Shown here: positions 38,101 to 51,422 of the stretch, piece by piece
Layout: the number at the start of each line of letters is the position of its first letter
Position numbering within the stretch: position 1 is the stretch's first letter
NCBI RefSeq assembly: GCF_963853765.1
Contig: NC_088855.1
Span: 15,438,001 to 15,502,000, forward strand
Direction: 5' to 3'
From: Magallana gigas
Lineage: Eukaryota
DNA length: 64,000 bases
Notes under the pieces: model-generated
Database searches by the model: none
What the model saw: only the letters and a program-made list of their open reading frames with translations
Told to the model about the DNA's origin: nothing
Made by a program: the position numbers and the translations under genes

Positions 38101-41100
38101 AGAGTTTACAGTCTGATGATAAAGCATACAGGTGCATTGACTTTAGACATGCAGATTTGCTTTTACACCACTAATCTAACTTTCTGTTGCATGATGCCAG
38201 CTTTGATAAAACTTGAGTGTATAAATAATGTTATTTTTTGCTGCAGTCCTACACAATGAGGAATGGTGTCCTGGGGGTGATGGGAGAAATCTTACTGAAG
38301 GTCCTGAGTAAGGACAGCTTGGAGGACAAACTGAAGGACACACGAGATCAGTTCCTGGAGAAACTAGAGGTCAGATTAACAGCTGACCAGAGCTGTAACT
38401 CTAGATCTGTTCTGTTCATACTGTATATTGTATCTGTGGACAATATTAAAATTTTAACAAAAAATTGTGCATGTTAATGTCTGGTGAAAAAAGTGGTCTG
38501 TTTATTCACATTCATCATTCTGCCAGTTGCTCAAAATTAATTTCAAATTGTGTTCATTTTATACATACATGCATATAACATGCATATAGGACAGGCAAAT
38601 GTATATAGTAAGTATTTGTTAATTTATGTGTAAATTTGTCTTTTGCGTTTTAGGAACATATCCATGATGTCAACGCTTTTGTGAGAAGTCGAGTTCTTCA
38701 GATTTGGTTGAATTTAGTTAATGAAAAGGTATGTTGATAAATTTGATGTGTACTGATATCAGAAGCACTACGTCCTGTCTGTCTCTACCTTTGTCAGAAC
38801 TTTAATACTTTGTTATAATTCTGAACTGTTTAAGTTAATTTCTTCAAATTCTGGGTCATTTGTGTTTAACAATCACATCTTAAGTCAACATATAATGGGT
38901 TAATAGCCATAAAGTATATTTTGTACTCTTGATATCTGCTATATACATGTCCATTCCACATATATGTTTCTACTTTCCTTTTTACAGTGCCTCCCCCTGC
39001 CAAGACATGAGCACCTGCTGAGTCTGTGTATCGGTCGACTACAGGACAAGTCGTCCCAAGTCAGGAAGCAGGCCATTCAACTCGTCACTGCATTCATCAA
39101 GTCCAATCCATTCGCAGCAAAGGTACTGACTCAGTTTCTTTAGAAATATTGCTCTTGATCTTAATGCTGATGTAAATATATGTACCTGGTAAATATAGTG
39201 TATCCTTACATATTTAGAAGAGAGTTGTATAAATTGAGCAACCCTCTTGTGGTTTAGAAGATTTTTATGGTGTAGAGAATCATGAATCTAGTGTTTATTA
39301 TTGTCTTAATTCTAATCTTGCATGTTTTCCCACAGCTGTCACTTGAGGACCTAAAGGCAAATTATGAAAAGGAGAAAGAGAAGTTGGAGAGCATGGCTCC
39401 AGAGGAACAATCAGTTTTGGAAGGTTAATGATTTTACTAACTACATTCAATGTCTAAATTGATGATGGTCAAAACAATCTGTTAAATAATAGATGACTAT
39501 ACTTTGTGCTTGAATTTTTTTTTTACTAGATCCTTCAGATTTTTATTTGTGATTATTTCTTGCTAGATTCCACATTAGTGAAGATTGAAGAGGAGTGGAA
39601 ACCTCTGGAGAAAAAACTGAGGAAAGCTCTCAAAAAGCTGGAAGGAGAAGAGGAGATGGAAGAGGACAGCAATGAAGAGCTGATTCAGGATGAGGAGTCT
39701 GCTAACAGGTAAGGAAAGTGTCAAAATGACATCAATCAAGAACCAATCCAAGATGTCTGCTAATAGGTAGGGAATGTCTCAAAAGTGCATAAAACAAGGA
39801 GCTAATTCAAGATAAGGAGTCTGTTTATACAAAGGGAATTTGTTAAAATTATACAAAACAAGCTTAGGAATGGATTTTTCAGGAGCAGGAGATTGCCAAT
39901 GTGTTGAAATGTTTCGAATTGGCAACAAAAGTGAGAAGTTTTCCAATAAATGGGGAACATGTTGAAATCATGCAAACTGCACAAGACAATGGATAGAAAA
40001 ATTAAAATTGACGATTAACTGTACATTTTGAAAATAATTACAACTACATGTAGTTATATTTCATGATTACATTTGCTGATTTATATTCTAGTGTCATGGA
40101 CAGGATTTACAACCTTTTGACTGAGGAGAAATTTTCCGATGCCAAACTGTTACTGGCTGCCTTCAAGGATGCCTTCCCAGACAACTCTTTTCTACAGGAC
40201 ATATCAAAAGAAAGTCAGAGGTAAGTTATTAACACATTATCACACTGCCAGCAGTTGGTGAAGCTAATTTTGTTCTGTTTGTTTGCCATTCCATACAATG
40301 CGTCTTTAAAATTTTTTTTTTTTTTTTAAATAAAACAAATTTAGATAAAGAACATGGTTATACAATGTAAGATTAGAAAAAAACTTAAGATTTTAAGTAA
40401 AACTACATCACAATTAACTTGTTTTTTTATAGTTCTACATGTATTTGTATAGAAGAGAGAAATACATGTGTATGACAACCTTATACACAAGAAAAGCTTT
40501 TTTGCACATATATATGTAATGTGGATGAACTGAGATTGATTTCCATTTGTTTACTATGCATTATTCATAGAAGTTGAATTCTTTTGTTTATTTTCAGTGA
40601 GGCTGACACTGAAGATTCTCAGAGATCCACTGATGCCAACATTGACTTGGGTCACATGAAAATGATTTTCTTTGGTAATAGAAAAATATGACATATCTCT
40701 ATATACAGGACATTTACCAAGATTATCCATTTGTTAAGCCATTGTATCATTAAAATATACATATGTAAATCAGCATCTTTTACCTTTATGTTTACCTATA
40801 TGTAGGTCACAAAAAACAAAGTCTGGTGATAACCTCTGGCATTGAAGAGGAGAAAGAGAAGGACCCCATAGTGAATGAGGTTACCAAACAACAAGTCCTT
40901 GTTCAGTACCTTAAGGTAGCTACTCTCCTCAACCTTTCTAATTTGTAGAGCTAAAAAATTGCTTGTACATGTAGTAATTATTGAATCCCTTCCCTCTCCC
41001 TACAAATATGGACGCAGTTAACAAAAATTTACACTGGTTGGTGTGGAATTAATTGTTGTGGTGATCCACACAATGAAGTGTTCATCAAAGTAAGAAAAGC

Positions 41101-44100
41101 GTTGAAAATTACTTATCCATTATAATTATAAAGGCAAGAAATATAAATGAATTGAAAGCATATGCGTCACAGATTTATGAATAAAACTAGCTAGAAATGA
41201 CGATTGATGAAAAAAGCATGCTTATACATGTTTATAGCAACAATGATACAAACATGTACCTTGTAGACACTGTACTGATTTATATACTGGTTCTCCCACT
41301 AGGACTGCTGTGCCTTTGCCACTCAGATCCAGACAGCTGTTCCTGTGATCTGTCAGCTCCTGGGCTCAAAGACTAACACAGATATCCTGGAGGCCATTGA
41401 TTTCTTTGTCACTGGTTTTGAATTCGGCGTGACTTTGACCATGATGGGAATTCGCCGTATGTTGCACTTGATCTGGTCCCGAGAATCGAGTGTCAAAGAA
41501 GCTGTTGTGTCGGCTTACAAACGACTCTACCTCAACCCTCAGGGGGGAAACCAAAGGTAATGGCACCATTTAGGAGGACTAGATAAAACTTCTACACTTG
41601 TGGTTAAAAAACATTTTTACCGAAAAGAAATATATATGATAAGAGTTAAATTTGGCCCCCATAATTCGCCATTTTTTAAGTGTTTCGGGTACAATAAAAT
41701 GTTAACTAATTTTTTAAAAGAGTTGATATAAAATATATTTTTCATCTATTTATTTGATTTATTTGCACTCACTGGCAGTATATGATGTCAGAAGTGACGC
41801 CATTTCTATAATTCAATCAAAATCAGCCAAAAATTGACATTTTTCTTATCTATTTAGGAATGGGAAATATAGAGCGCATGCTTGAACAAGGAAAATTTTT
41901 TTGTCACTTATTAGTCTTGGTTAGATACATCTCTGATTAAAATATTTTATTTGTTCAAGAATGCGCTCTATGTTTTCGGAAGGAAAAACTGCTTGAAAAC
42001 AAGCTGTTTTACGCTAAAAATGCAAAAATGGCGGGAAAAGGTTGTCTTTACAATGTCATATTTCTAAATTGTGGGCACTTGAACCAAAATGAATATGTCA
42101 ACACATCACATACATATCTGTACTAAGAACACAAAGAATTACAGTAAAATGATGATTTTCATTTTAGGGGGCCATTTTAGGCCCTTATCATATATAGTCC
42201 TTAACACAGCATTGTATGCAATTGTAAATGTAAAATTAGTATATTAGCACAAAAATGTATTTATACCCATAGATCTATTTAAGAAAGCAGTATACTTTTA
42301 AAGATATTTTATTTAAAAAATGAATGACTTTGTAGAGCCAAAGCCTTCTCCATTGTGAAGAATCTGTCAGCGTTGTTGTCGGGGGCCAGTCTAGGGGATT
42401 TAACATCTCTGGAGGGATTGGTAAGATATTTACATGTATATTTAAAATCAAACAATCACGGCAGATTGAAATAAAATAAGATAAACAGAAAGTGTGTCCC
42501 AGTGTATATCAAACCCACATTTGCATGTATTTAGGATTATGCCTGTACATTTTAATGAGAATGTGTATTGACTGTAGAGATTGGTAATTTGTAACTGTAC
42601 CTTTTACCCCACTAGGTGGTGGAGCTGATGAAGTCGGGAGAGATTGAGCAGAGTGTGATACAGATGCTGTGGGAGAGGTTTGCCATGAAGGTCCCCAACA
42701 CCACAGTGGAGGACAGTCGGGCGGCGGTCACACTGCTCTATATGATAGCGGGGTAAGGGAGCAGATACATGATTAATGTGTTATAAGTGTATGAAGGGTA
42801 TACCTGTACATGTGTAATGTATTACAAGGGTACCGGTACATAATATCAGGGTAAGATGGTAGCTATAGAGATTATATCTGTTTGAAAGAAGAGTAAGGTG
42901 GTTGACAAAATACTGTAGTATTTTGCATCAAGGTTAAATTTTGTTTAAGGTTAATTGCCTAGTTTGTTTTGAGTGTTATGTCTTTTTTATGTGGATTCCA
43001 GGGCTGACATGGGAGTAGTGAAGAGCAACATTGACGTCCTAGTGAAGGAGGGTCTGGGAGAGAGGGCGGAGAATGACTTTATTCTGGCCAGGGACACTTG
43101 TCTGGCCCTGCTGAAGCTAGGTCCTCCTAAGAAGGTTCAGGGACAACTCCAAGCCGAGCCGTTCCGCTTCCCCCAGAACCACCAAATGTTTGACAGACTA
43201 CAAACACTACTCATCAATGGTAGGCAGAGGAGATGAGAATTTTTTCTTCTAGTAACTGATGTTTATCGCATAAATATTTTTTTGTTGGTGCAAATATTTA
43301 GGCTTTGCTTCCAGAATAAGCACATGTACAGTATTTGTTTTGCAGTATTATTTTTACGTATTTTAAACCAATGACCATAAATATCATAAAATCATTTTTT
43401 GCAAATGAATTGATTTTGGTAAAGATGAAATACAAAGCAATAGCACCATTCAGAAATATCAAGTTGAAACAGTTTGTTACTGATTTAAAAATATGTAAGT
43501 GTATAATGATAATGATGATAATCATTTTTGTAGAAAATTAAAATTAGAAAAATATGTTTATGTGTTAGGTGTTCAACAGTTTGAGAATTCCTATTGGATC
43601 CCGTTTGGAGAGCAGGCCATTAATGTAATATACAAGCTTGCTGAACACCCTGACATTATCTGTGGTGACATCATCAAGGCCCTGGCAAAAGAAGTTATCA
43701 AGGCAGAGCAACTGAATCAGACTCTGAGTCAAGGTAAGACTTGAAACAAGTAATAAAAAAATGTAGACCACGGGTACTTGTATCTCAGATTAAAGGTAAA
43801 GAAGTAAAGACATTGGAAAGTGGAAACATTCATTTGATGTTGATGTTTAAAATGGAAGTAAAGGCTTTATTTACATTAAAGTAAACATTATGTCTATCAA
43901 AAGGTCTTCCAGATAGTATTGATAATAGTATAAAGTAGAATCATTTAAATTCAAAGGGACCAATGATCATGGATTGTCAATAATTTAATGACTCATAAGT
44001 ACATGTAATTTTTTAGATTCACTGGTATATCATCAATAAACTTAAAGTGTGTCTTAATTTTGTTATAAATATATATTAGGAATGTTTGTTTGTTCTGCCC

Positions 44101-47100
44101 ACAATTTACTTTTAATAAGTCCATAGTAGTTAGTTTCATATTCTACATTGCCAGAGACGCCAATGGAGGGGGAGAAGCAAGAAGAGACTGAGTCCAAAGA
44201 GGCTGACCCACAAGACGCCAGTCCCTCCAACAGCCAGGACACCAGTCCTTCTAACAGCCAGCCCAGCAGCCAGCCCAGCTCCTCCGCCACTGTCATCCTG
44301 ACCCGACTCATCGCGTTCGCTGGTCACGTCGCCTTCAGACAGATGGTCCACTTGGATACGTATGTGTTTGGCGAGCTGAAGCGGAGGAGGGCGATACAGG
44401 AACAGAAGAAGGACATGAAAACGCCCAAAGCTGACAGGCGGGGAAGCAAAGTGGTAGGGATGAAATCTCAGTGTTTTTATTTATTGCTGTTAAATATACA
44501 GTCAAACTTTGTTATCTCGAACTAAATGGGACTGTTTAAAAACTGTTAGATATCCGAGTATTCAAGATATCGAGAGTAAAGTACTTAAAAATAAGTAGTT
44601 AGGACATACAAATCACTTCGACATATCAATTGTATTTGAGATATCAGTGTTCGAGATATCGAAGTTCAACTGAATTCATTATTATACACCAAGAATATTT
44701 AAATGCAATTATAGCTGCTGCACAATCTGAAATCTTCTGAAATTTTCTTTGAAGGACAAGAGCACGGCTGAAGCCATTGAAGATGAGCTTGGTTTGGCTG
44801 GAGCTGCCGAGGAAGATGCTGATGCAGAGTACATCCGTAAAGTGTGTGATGTGGAGATTGTCACAGGTAATGTGGAAACGGTCACTTTTATGTTTGTATA
44901 GTGGAAGAAATCGCCAAGTGATGTTGAATCTTTGAGTTTTTTTTGCTATCTCTGAAATAAAATGTTCTTTTGCCTTGTGATAAACCTTCATTTCCTTTAC
45001 AGGAGACTCTTTGCTGGGCAGCATTGGTCCTCTGCTGGTGACTGTCTGCACCAATCAGAATCGATACTCAGACCCACACCTCCGGTCAGCGGCCACCCTG
45101 GCCCTGGCTAAGTTCATGCTCGTCAGGTATGTTCCTGGACATGTGTATACAAAAAATCTCTATTCATGTGTACTTAGAAATGAAATCATATTATCTCTTG
45201 TAAAAAAAAATAACCCTTAAAAAAGGCTTACAAGCATTCCAAATATTTAAGTTCATAAATACACTCTACTTGTCCATGACGATTGTTTGTATTTTATCAA
45301 AAGTTTCACTGACTACTAATAATCAAGTTTGGAGTTTTGCAATCCAAAAGTCCCCCTTTCTTAGTGTAGCTGTTTGTTTATTTTCCAGCTCAGAGTTCTG
45401 TGAGAGTAACCTTCAGTTGTTGTTCACTGTTCTGGAGAAATCGCCTTACCCCACAATACGAGCCAACACAATCATTGCTCTTGGGGATCTTACGGTCAGA
45501 TTCCCCAACCTGATAGAGCCCTGGACCCCACACATGTATGCCAGGTCAGTGAGCAACTGCTTGTTGCATAATCATGTGATGTTTTCTCACTGCAGTGTTA
45601 CCTGTTAGTCTTTGAATTTACCTGTAAGTTTGTGGAATAACCCTTTAGTCATTACATTTACCTGTAGTACCCGAATGTACTTTTTCAGACTGCGAGATGA
45701 ATCTCAGACTGTGAGGAAGAACACCCTCCAGGTGCTAACACACTTGATCCTTAATGACATGGTCAAGGTCAAAGGCCAGATCAGCGAGGTTGCAACCTGT
45801 GTTGTGGACCATAACGAACGAATCTCCAGTCTCGCCAAACTCTTTTTCCATGAGCTGTCTCACAAGGTAAAAACTAGCAGTGCATAATCTCAATTGGCTT
45901 AATCTCCATGAAAGTACCTTTACCATATGATCTGTGGGCCTGGTTTATTGTTTTGCTTAACAAAAAAACTTTTTATGGTTTTCATGTTTAGTTGAAAATT
46001 CAGTTCAAACTTCAGCAAATCCATGTTGTTTGACAAATTATTATGACAGATTGTTGAAGAATAATTTGTCAACAATACCTGTATTTCTATTTTGTAGGGT
46101 AATGCCATCTACAACATAATGCCTGACGTGATCAGTCGCCTTTCTGACCCGGATGTTGGAGTGGATGAGGAAAACTTCAGAATTATCATGAAGTAAGTAC
46201 ATGTGTTCTCTTGTGGTAGAGAGTAAAAAAAAACCTGTAAATTGTGGTCATTCATCGGAACTTGATGTATGTATTACTTAGATTTTAATTTTCTTGATAG
46301 ACTTTCATACATGTTATCAATGATAAACTATTCCTTCCCAGATTAATTATAGACATTGATATTGTTTGCAGGTACCTATTCTCCTTTATTCAGAAGGACC
46401 GTCAGTGTGAAAGCTTGGTAGAAAAACTCTGTCATCGCTTCAGGGCAACAAAGTAAGTAATTGTACTGACTTTAATAGGTCTCCAGTCTTGCCAATTGTA
46501 CACATAATACACATACATGTATATGTACATTGTAGCTCTGATTCGTCAGCTTACCATACTTTAAGAACAGATCTAATTTTTTACATTTTTCTAATAATAA
46601 ATATACATTTGTAAACACTTCTATGAACTCTTTTAGGGAATTCCGTGTAAGATATCTATAAATCTTATTTAAAATATTGCAACGCATCTACAGCATATAT
46701 TTATATGAATTGGATCTTGTATTTTCCTTCATCATTCATCGTATGCTGAATAATAACTGTAGAATATTCATTGTTACATGTACATTGTTCATTTAATGAG
46801 ATAATGTTACAATTTGTTTCAGGACGGACAGACAGTGGAGAGATTTGTCCTTCTGTCTATCTATGATGTCATACAGTGAGAAGTCGATACGTAAACTCCA
46901 GGAGAACTTTGCCTGTTTTGGGGACAAGTTGGCTGATGAGGATGTGTACAGCTGTTTCTGTACCATCATCAGTAAATCCAGGTCATTTGCCAAACCCACA
47001 GCAAAGGTAGGAATATGTCAAAGCAATCAGCTGTAAGATGCTTTGTTAAAAGAATGAATGAGTTTCAGAAATTCAGAAAAATTACCCGGTCTTGTGGTCT

Positions 47101-49300
47101 GCAAGATTCTCTATTTGCAATTATATGCAAGAGTCTTTAAATACAAGTTTTTACAAAGTATATGTAGAAATGTTTGCAAAAATTGATTTGATGAAGTTAT
47201 AAAATGGATTTTAATCATTTTATGCAGATACATGCATACCAGTTGTTTATAAATTCAATGTAGATTAGACCTTAATCTGATGAGATTTATACTGTTTATT
47301 TCAGACCTTGATAGATGAGCTGGAGCAGCGTCTTCAGCAGTGTCACACCAAAGGACTGGAGGACGGGGAGATAGCAGTCAAGGCCAGTCAGGTCTCCTCC
47401 CAGGTGGCCGCACAGACGAAGGGGAAGTCCCGCACAAAGTCTGCCAAAACACCGGCCAAAGGCAGAACCCCAGGTAAATAGTCTGGTCTATAACCCTTTA
47501 AAAGGGCATTGTCACAATTTTGGTCAAATTTTATTTTTCTATTTTTGTTGTTTTTTTGCTTTAGTTTCGTATTTCTGATGATCAACCAAAATTTGATGTC
47601 AGTCGTATGAGTTTTAAGAAAGAGACAGAGCTCATAGTTCTTTGTTATGTAAACAAGGCTTGTGCCATGTTTTTGTTTATAAGTACATTGGTTCAATATA
47701 CCTGTAAAAGTTCTTTTTCAAGCTGATTTTTCTATCTGCTTATTTGATTAAACATAAATTATAAACAGTTCCTAGCATTTGTCACATTCATTTTTAGGTC
47801 TAAACGTAGAAATTTTTTTCACGTTCAAAATGTAAACAAAAACATGACCTGAGCCTTGTTTACATAACAAAGAATTGTGAGCTTTGTATCTTGCTGACAC
47901 TCAAATTTTGGATGACTATTAGAAATGGCTTACTATCACTTTGTAAACACTAAAAACAAGAAAAAAACTGACCAAAACTGACCATACCCCAAGGGGAAAA
48001 ATACTGTGAATATGTTATGAATGAATTTGTTTTTTTGATTTTCATTTGTTTATAAATGCAAGGGCCTGTTCTTGTCTTGCAGCCAGAGGTAAGCGTGGTG
48101 GTCAACGCCGGCTAGACAGCAGCAGCGAAGAGGACTTTGTGGACGGGGTGGAGAATACGACCCCAGCCCCACGTAGCAAACGCCAGCCCAAGGGAAGACA
48201 GGCTCGACAGAAACCCAAGGTCTCGTTTGATTCTGACTCAGACAGTGAAATAGAGCTGTTTGACCTAGATAAATCCTCCCAAGGTCAGTGAGTATCTAAT
48301 GAATTATTAACAACATCTAGTTCATGTGGGGCCCCTCCTAGATATGGCTGATTGTGCTTCTACAATTGTTGCTGCTTCCGTGCTTTTCCGTCTTATTACC
48401 TGCTTCATAGATGATATATATTTAAAACGAAAATATTTTCCTTTTTCGTACAGACTGATTTTGCATTAGTGAAGGTAAAAAATTAATTTTAAAGTCCTTT
48501 TTTTCCTTGGTCATACTGTATGTACTACTATTTTTTCTTTAGTCTTTCCTGGTACAGTTTCCAAAATGCTTACCTTTGTAGAAGTGATGCCCTTAAATTC
48601 GGGTTGTGTCAATTTAACTGTTTTTGCACCTTGCATGTACATGTAGATTGTAGAAGGCAATTTGAATATAATGAATGTTGCAGTTTGTCCTAACAATGGT
48701 GATTTAATTTTAATGCTCTGTAGCTAAATTTGCTATGGTTTTTGCTTATTTGTCGGTCTTTGTTTGCTCTTGTTAAAAGTTTTAAAAGAAGCCTGATTTA
48801 TCTTAACAATTATTTCAAGTGGTGAAACCTTTGTAATCTTACCAGTAACAACTTTTGTCATGTGTTACTACCATTAAATGTAATATATGTAAATGTCCTT
48901 TCCCCAACATTTTGGTAATTGCATGAAATATTACCGATACGTACGGTATACGTAGAATATGTTATCATTAAGTTTATCTAATTCTGAACACAGTTTCAAT
49001 GCTTTTACATGTATGTGGGTCTCTAAATTTGGTGAACAACAGTTGAAGAAGTTACATGCATTGAGATGTTATTCAAAAGCAAACACCAAGATTGAATTCT
49101 ATCTATATTCTGATCACAGTTTTAATGTAAGTACATGTATATAAAGACGCTGATCTTTATCTCCGTCAGGCACTCAGGTGACGGGTGAGGGCGACCAGTC
49201 TGACGACTCGGACCTGATGCCCACAAAGCGCTCAGCCAGGCGTGTCCTGACCTCCCCCCGCCGGATCCTACCCCTCCAGGACCTCAACGGGGACGTCTGA
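35140..49300 (+). CDS. NCAPD2: Condensin complex subunit 1 (CAP-D2), 1479 aa, 31 coding exons
   Basis: Exons: 35140-35257, 35500-35575, 35915-35973, 36316-36491, 36639-36781, 36914-37041, 37673-37944, 38247-38369, 38654-38728, 38988-39122, 39336-39423, 39567-39708, 40092-40220, 40598-40674, 40806-40915, 41303-41556, 42336-42420, 42616-42752, 43002-43219, 43569-43733, 44155-44453, 44755-44866, 45003-45126, 45389-45544, 45689-45866, 46098-46192, 46372-46452, 46823-47006, 47305-47473, 48083-48283, 49170-49300 (TGA); total 4440 nt, phases consistent. Recognisable CAP-D2 motifs: NQYVVDEVLS, HIHDVNAFVRSRVLQIW, GRLQDKSSQVRKQAIQL, RANTIIALGDLTVRFPNLIEPWT, MVKVKGQISEVA, GNAIYNIMPDVISRLSDP. AATAAA at 49484 and 49497. 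Confidence 0.97.
37067..37216. mobile_element. Tc1/mariner (pogo-like) MITE, family copy A
   Basis: TA|CAGTCAAACTT ... AAGTTCAAATG|TA; clearly homologous to 44499-44672. Confidence 0.7.
41625..42202 (+). mobile_element. ~577-bp MITE (possibly Kolobok-type), copy 1
   Basis: Terminal AAGAA(A/C)TATATATGATAAGAG ... CCCTTATCATATATAGTCCTT inverted repeats and an internal 18-bp IR (GAGCGCATGCTTGAACAA / TTGTTCAAGAATGCGCTC). Near-identical to 52045-52620. Confidence 0.85.
44499..44672. mobile_element. Tc1/mariner (pogo-like) MITE, family copy B
   Basis: TA|CAGTCAAACTT ... AAGTTCAACTG; internal sequence homologous to 37067-37216. Confidence 0.7.
47498..47990. mobile_element. Palindromic non-autonomous DNA transposon (TTAA-type, Kolobok-like)
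   Basis: Starts TTAAAAGGGCATTGTCACAATTTTGGTCA and ends TGACCAAAACTGACCATACCCC. Contains a perfect internal 21-bp IR CTTTGTTATGTAAACAAGGCT (47640-47660) / AGCCTTGTTTACATAACAAAG (47852-47872). Confidence 0.65.
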
Positions 49301-49925
49301 CGCACCCCACCCCCCTCCTAGGGCCCCTCAGAGCGGGACCACGCCTTGTTCTGACGAGAGGGTGTATATCGACGGAATCTTGATCTGTTAATTCTTTCAT
49401 CAACGGAATCTTATGCTCTGTTATCTCTCTCCATTGTCTGCTATCTCTTTTGTCATAATTATGAATCGTTATTTAACCATATGAATAAATCTTAGAAATA
49501 AACAATGAAAATCCTTGTTAATTTTTATTGTTAGCTAATGCACAAGAACCAAGAGATGGATTTTGTTGAAGTGAGATATTACTTTCTGCACCAGATGATA
49601 AGGCGTGTCACGTCGGGCGTAAATTGACTTTCATTTTCACCTGTCGATATCCATAATTAACGCAGAGTCGCAGACAAAAAGTACATCACCTCAAAGTACG
49701 TTTTAATTTATTTTTTTTTTGAAAGGTAAAAATTAGAAAAGGCCCAACGGTATTCGAACTAATGACTTACGGATTCGTAATGAACGTTCTTACCCACTCT
49801 GCTAAGCTGTTAGGAAAAACATTGGAGAAAAATATTTATGAAACTTTACTCGATTTCATTGTTTATTTCGATAGGAAATGATAGATAGAGAGAGATATAT
49901 ATAGAGAGAGGTGTCCCATACAACC

Positions 49926-50264
49926 TTAAGGTACCTCACTACACCTACACTTATACTTTTTAAGACACCACGTCACAAGATGGCGATTTAAATGTTTTGT
50001 TAAACTGTTTATATCCTTTTAATGGGTTGTATATCGTCGAAGCTCAGTGGTTAAAGTATTGGCCTTCTTGACCGCAGATCATGAGTTCGAATCTGCCTGG
50101 AGTTAATTAAATTAAATTTTTGAAAATGTAATTTTTCATCCAAAATTACACATATTTTTTGCCTATTAGACTTAAATAATTCTTATCCATTATTATATAT
50201 ATCATAATCAAATAATTTTCTGCTGATTTGAGAAAATATTTCACGATGTAGTGAGCCACCTTAA
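49926..50264. mobile_element. Kolobok-like MITE with TTAA target duplication, containing a tRNA-like segment
   Basis: TTAA|GGTACCTCACTACAC ... GATGTAGTGAGCCACC|TTAA. Internal AGCTCAGTGGTTAAAG ... GAGTTCGAATCT at about 50040-50098. Confidence 0.7.
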
Positions 50265-51309
50265 AACTGGTTACATGTACTTTTGCTGTGAAACATGAAT
50301 GCTCATATCAAAACCAACCACCCGCAGCAAAGAACGGGTTAGGATAACACAGATAATATCTCTCGTCGAGTTGACCACCAAAATGAATTAAAAGTTTCTT
50401 TAGAGAGCCGCGCGCTTTTACCATACTGACCTCTAAGTGCTAATTGTATGTGTACCTATACTACAGTTAATGTGTATCAGCACCTTTACGACTTAGTTCA
50501 AAGAAAGAAAACAGATTTTACAGTGCCTGTAACCCCGGAATATTTTATAACGACTATACATGTATAGCAATATCAAATCATGAGAATAAAAACTTGCTGA
50601 TTCTAAAGTCAAACGCTGCATGCAAGAAGATGTTGAATTTGTGACCGCAATCGTTCTTCCCCTTTTCATTTTTTTTTCAATTTATTTTAAAATAGACTTA
50701 TACGACACGCTATAGCTTTAGATTTAACCAGTGCGCGATGATTAGAAGGTATATCCTAATGGTAATACAAGGAATAGAGAATACAGTGTAATCTATTAAC
50801 TTGTTCTGAAGTAGAGAGCAGTTTATGTAAACAGTGCGAAATAAACCATAGGTATATTTTAAAACAAACATGTAGCTGTGATACTTCACCCATTTTATAA
50901 TATTTCGGTATAATAATTTTTTTTCTCGAATTCGATAGTTATCTGTACCAATTTTAAAAACACTGTTATCTTGGTAGAATTTAGAGCGTATAATGCTAGT
51001 AATAATTAGTCAATGTTCTACAGCAATGGGCGTCAATATTGATGTTTAGTATTCGTACTTCTTCCCAGGAGATGGGTGTCCGAGGTTTGTTGTTTGATTG
51101 GTTTTTTGGGGGTTTTTTTTTTTGGGGGGGGGGGGGTCGATGGTGCAACTTAATATGTTTCACAATTTTACGATATTAGCGAAAGAAGTTACGGTCAATC
51201 GATCTTAAACGAAGTTGAAAAAGATGTAACATATTCACCTAAATGGATAATGGTCTAACCATCTGGGTCCGAAATTACACGAAAGACTTGATTTTATGGA
51301 GATTTTGTG

Positions 51310-51317
51310 TATAAATA
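51310..51317 (+). promoter_or_regulatory. Putative TATA box of the sulfotransferase gene
   Basis: TATAAATA about 110 bp upstream of the ATG at 51423, followed by a GC-richer 5' UTR-like segment. Confidence 0.45.
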
Positions 51318-51422
51318 CTAAACGCCGTGTTGAGGAGGTACATTACCAGCCGCGTGTCGCCGTACACACACGCCGAGATTAACTCTCTCAGGAGAAGAAA
51401 GTCTCCGTCATTTTACAACACA

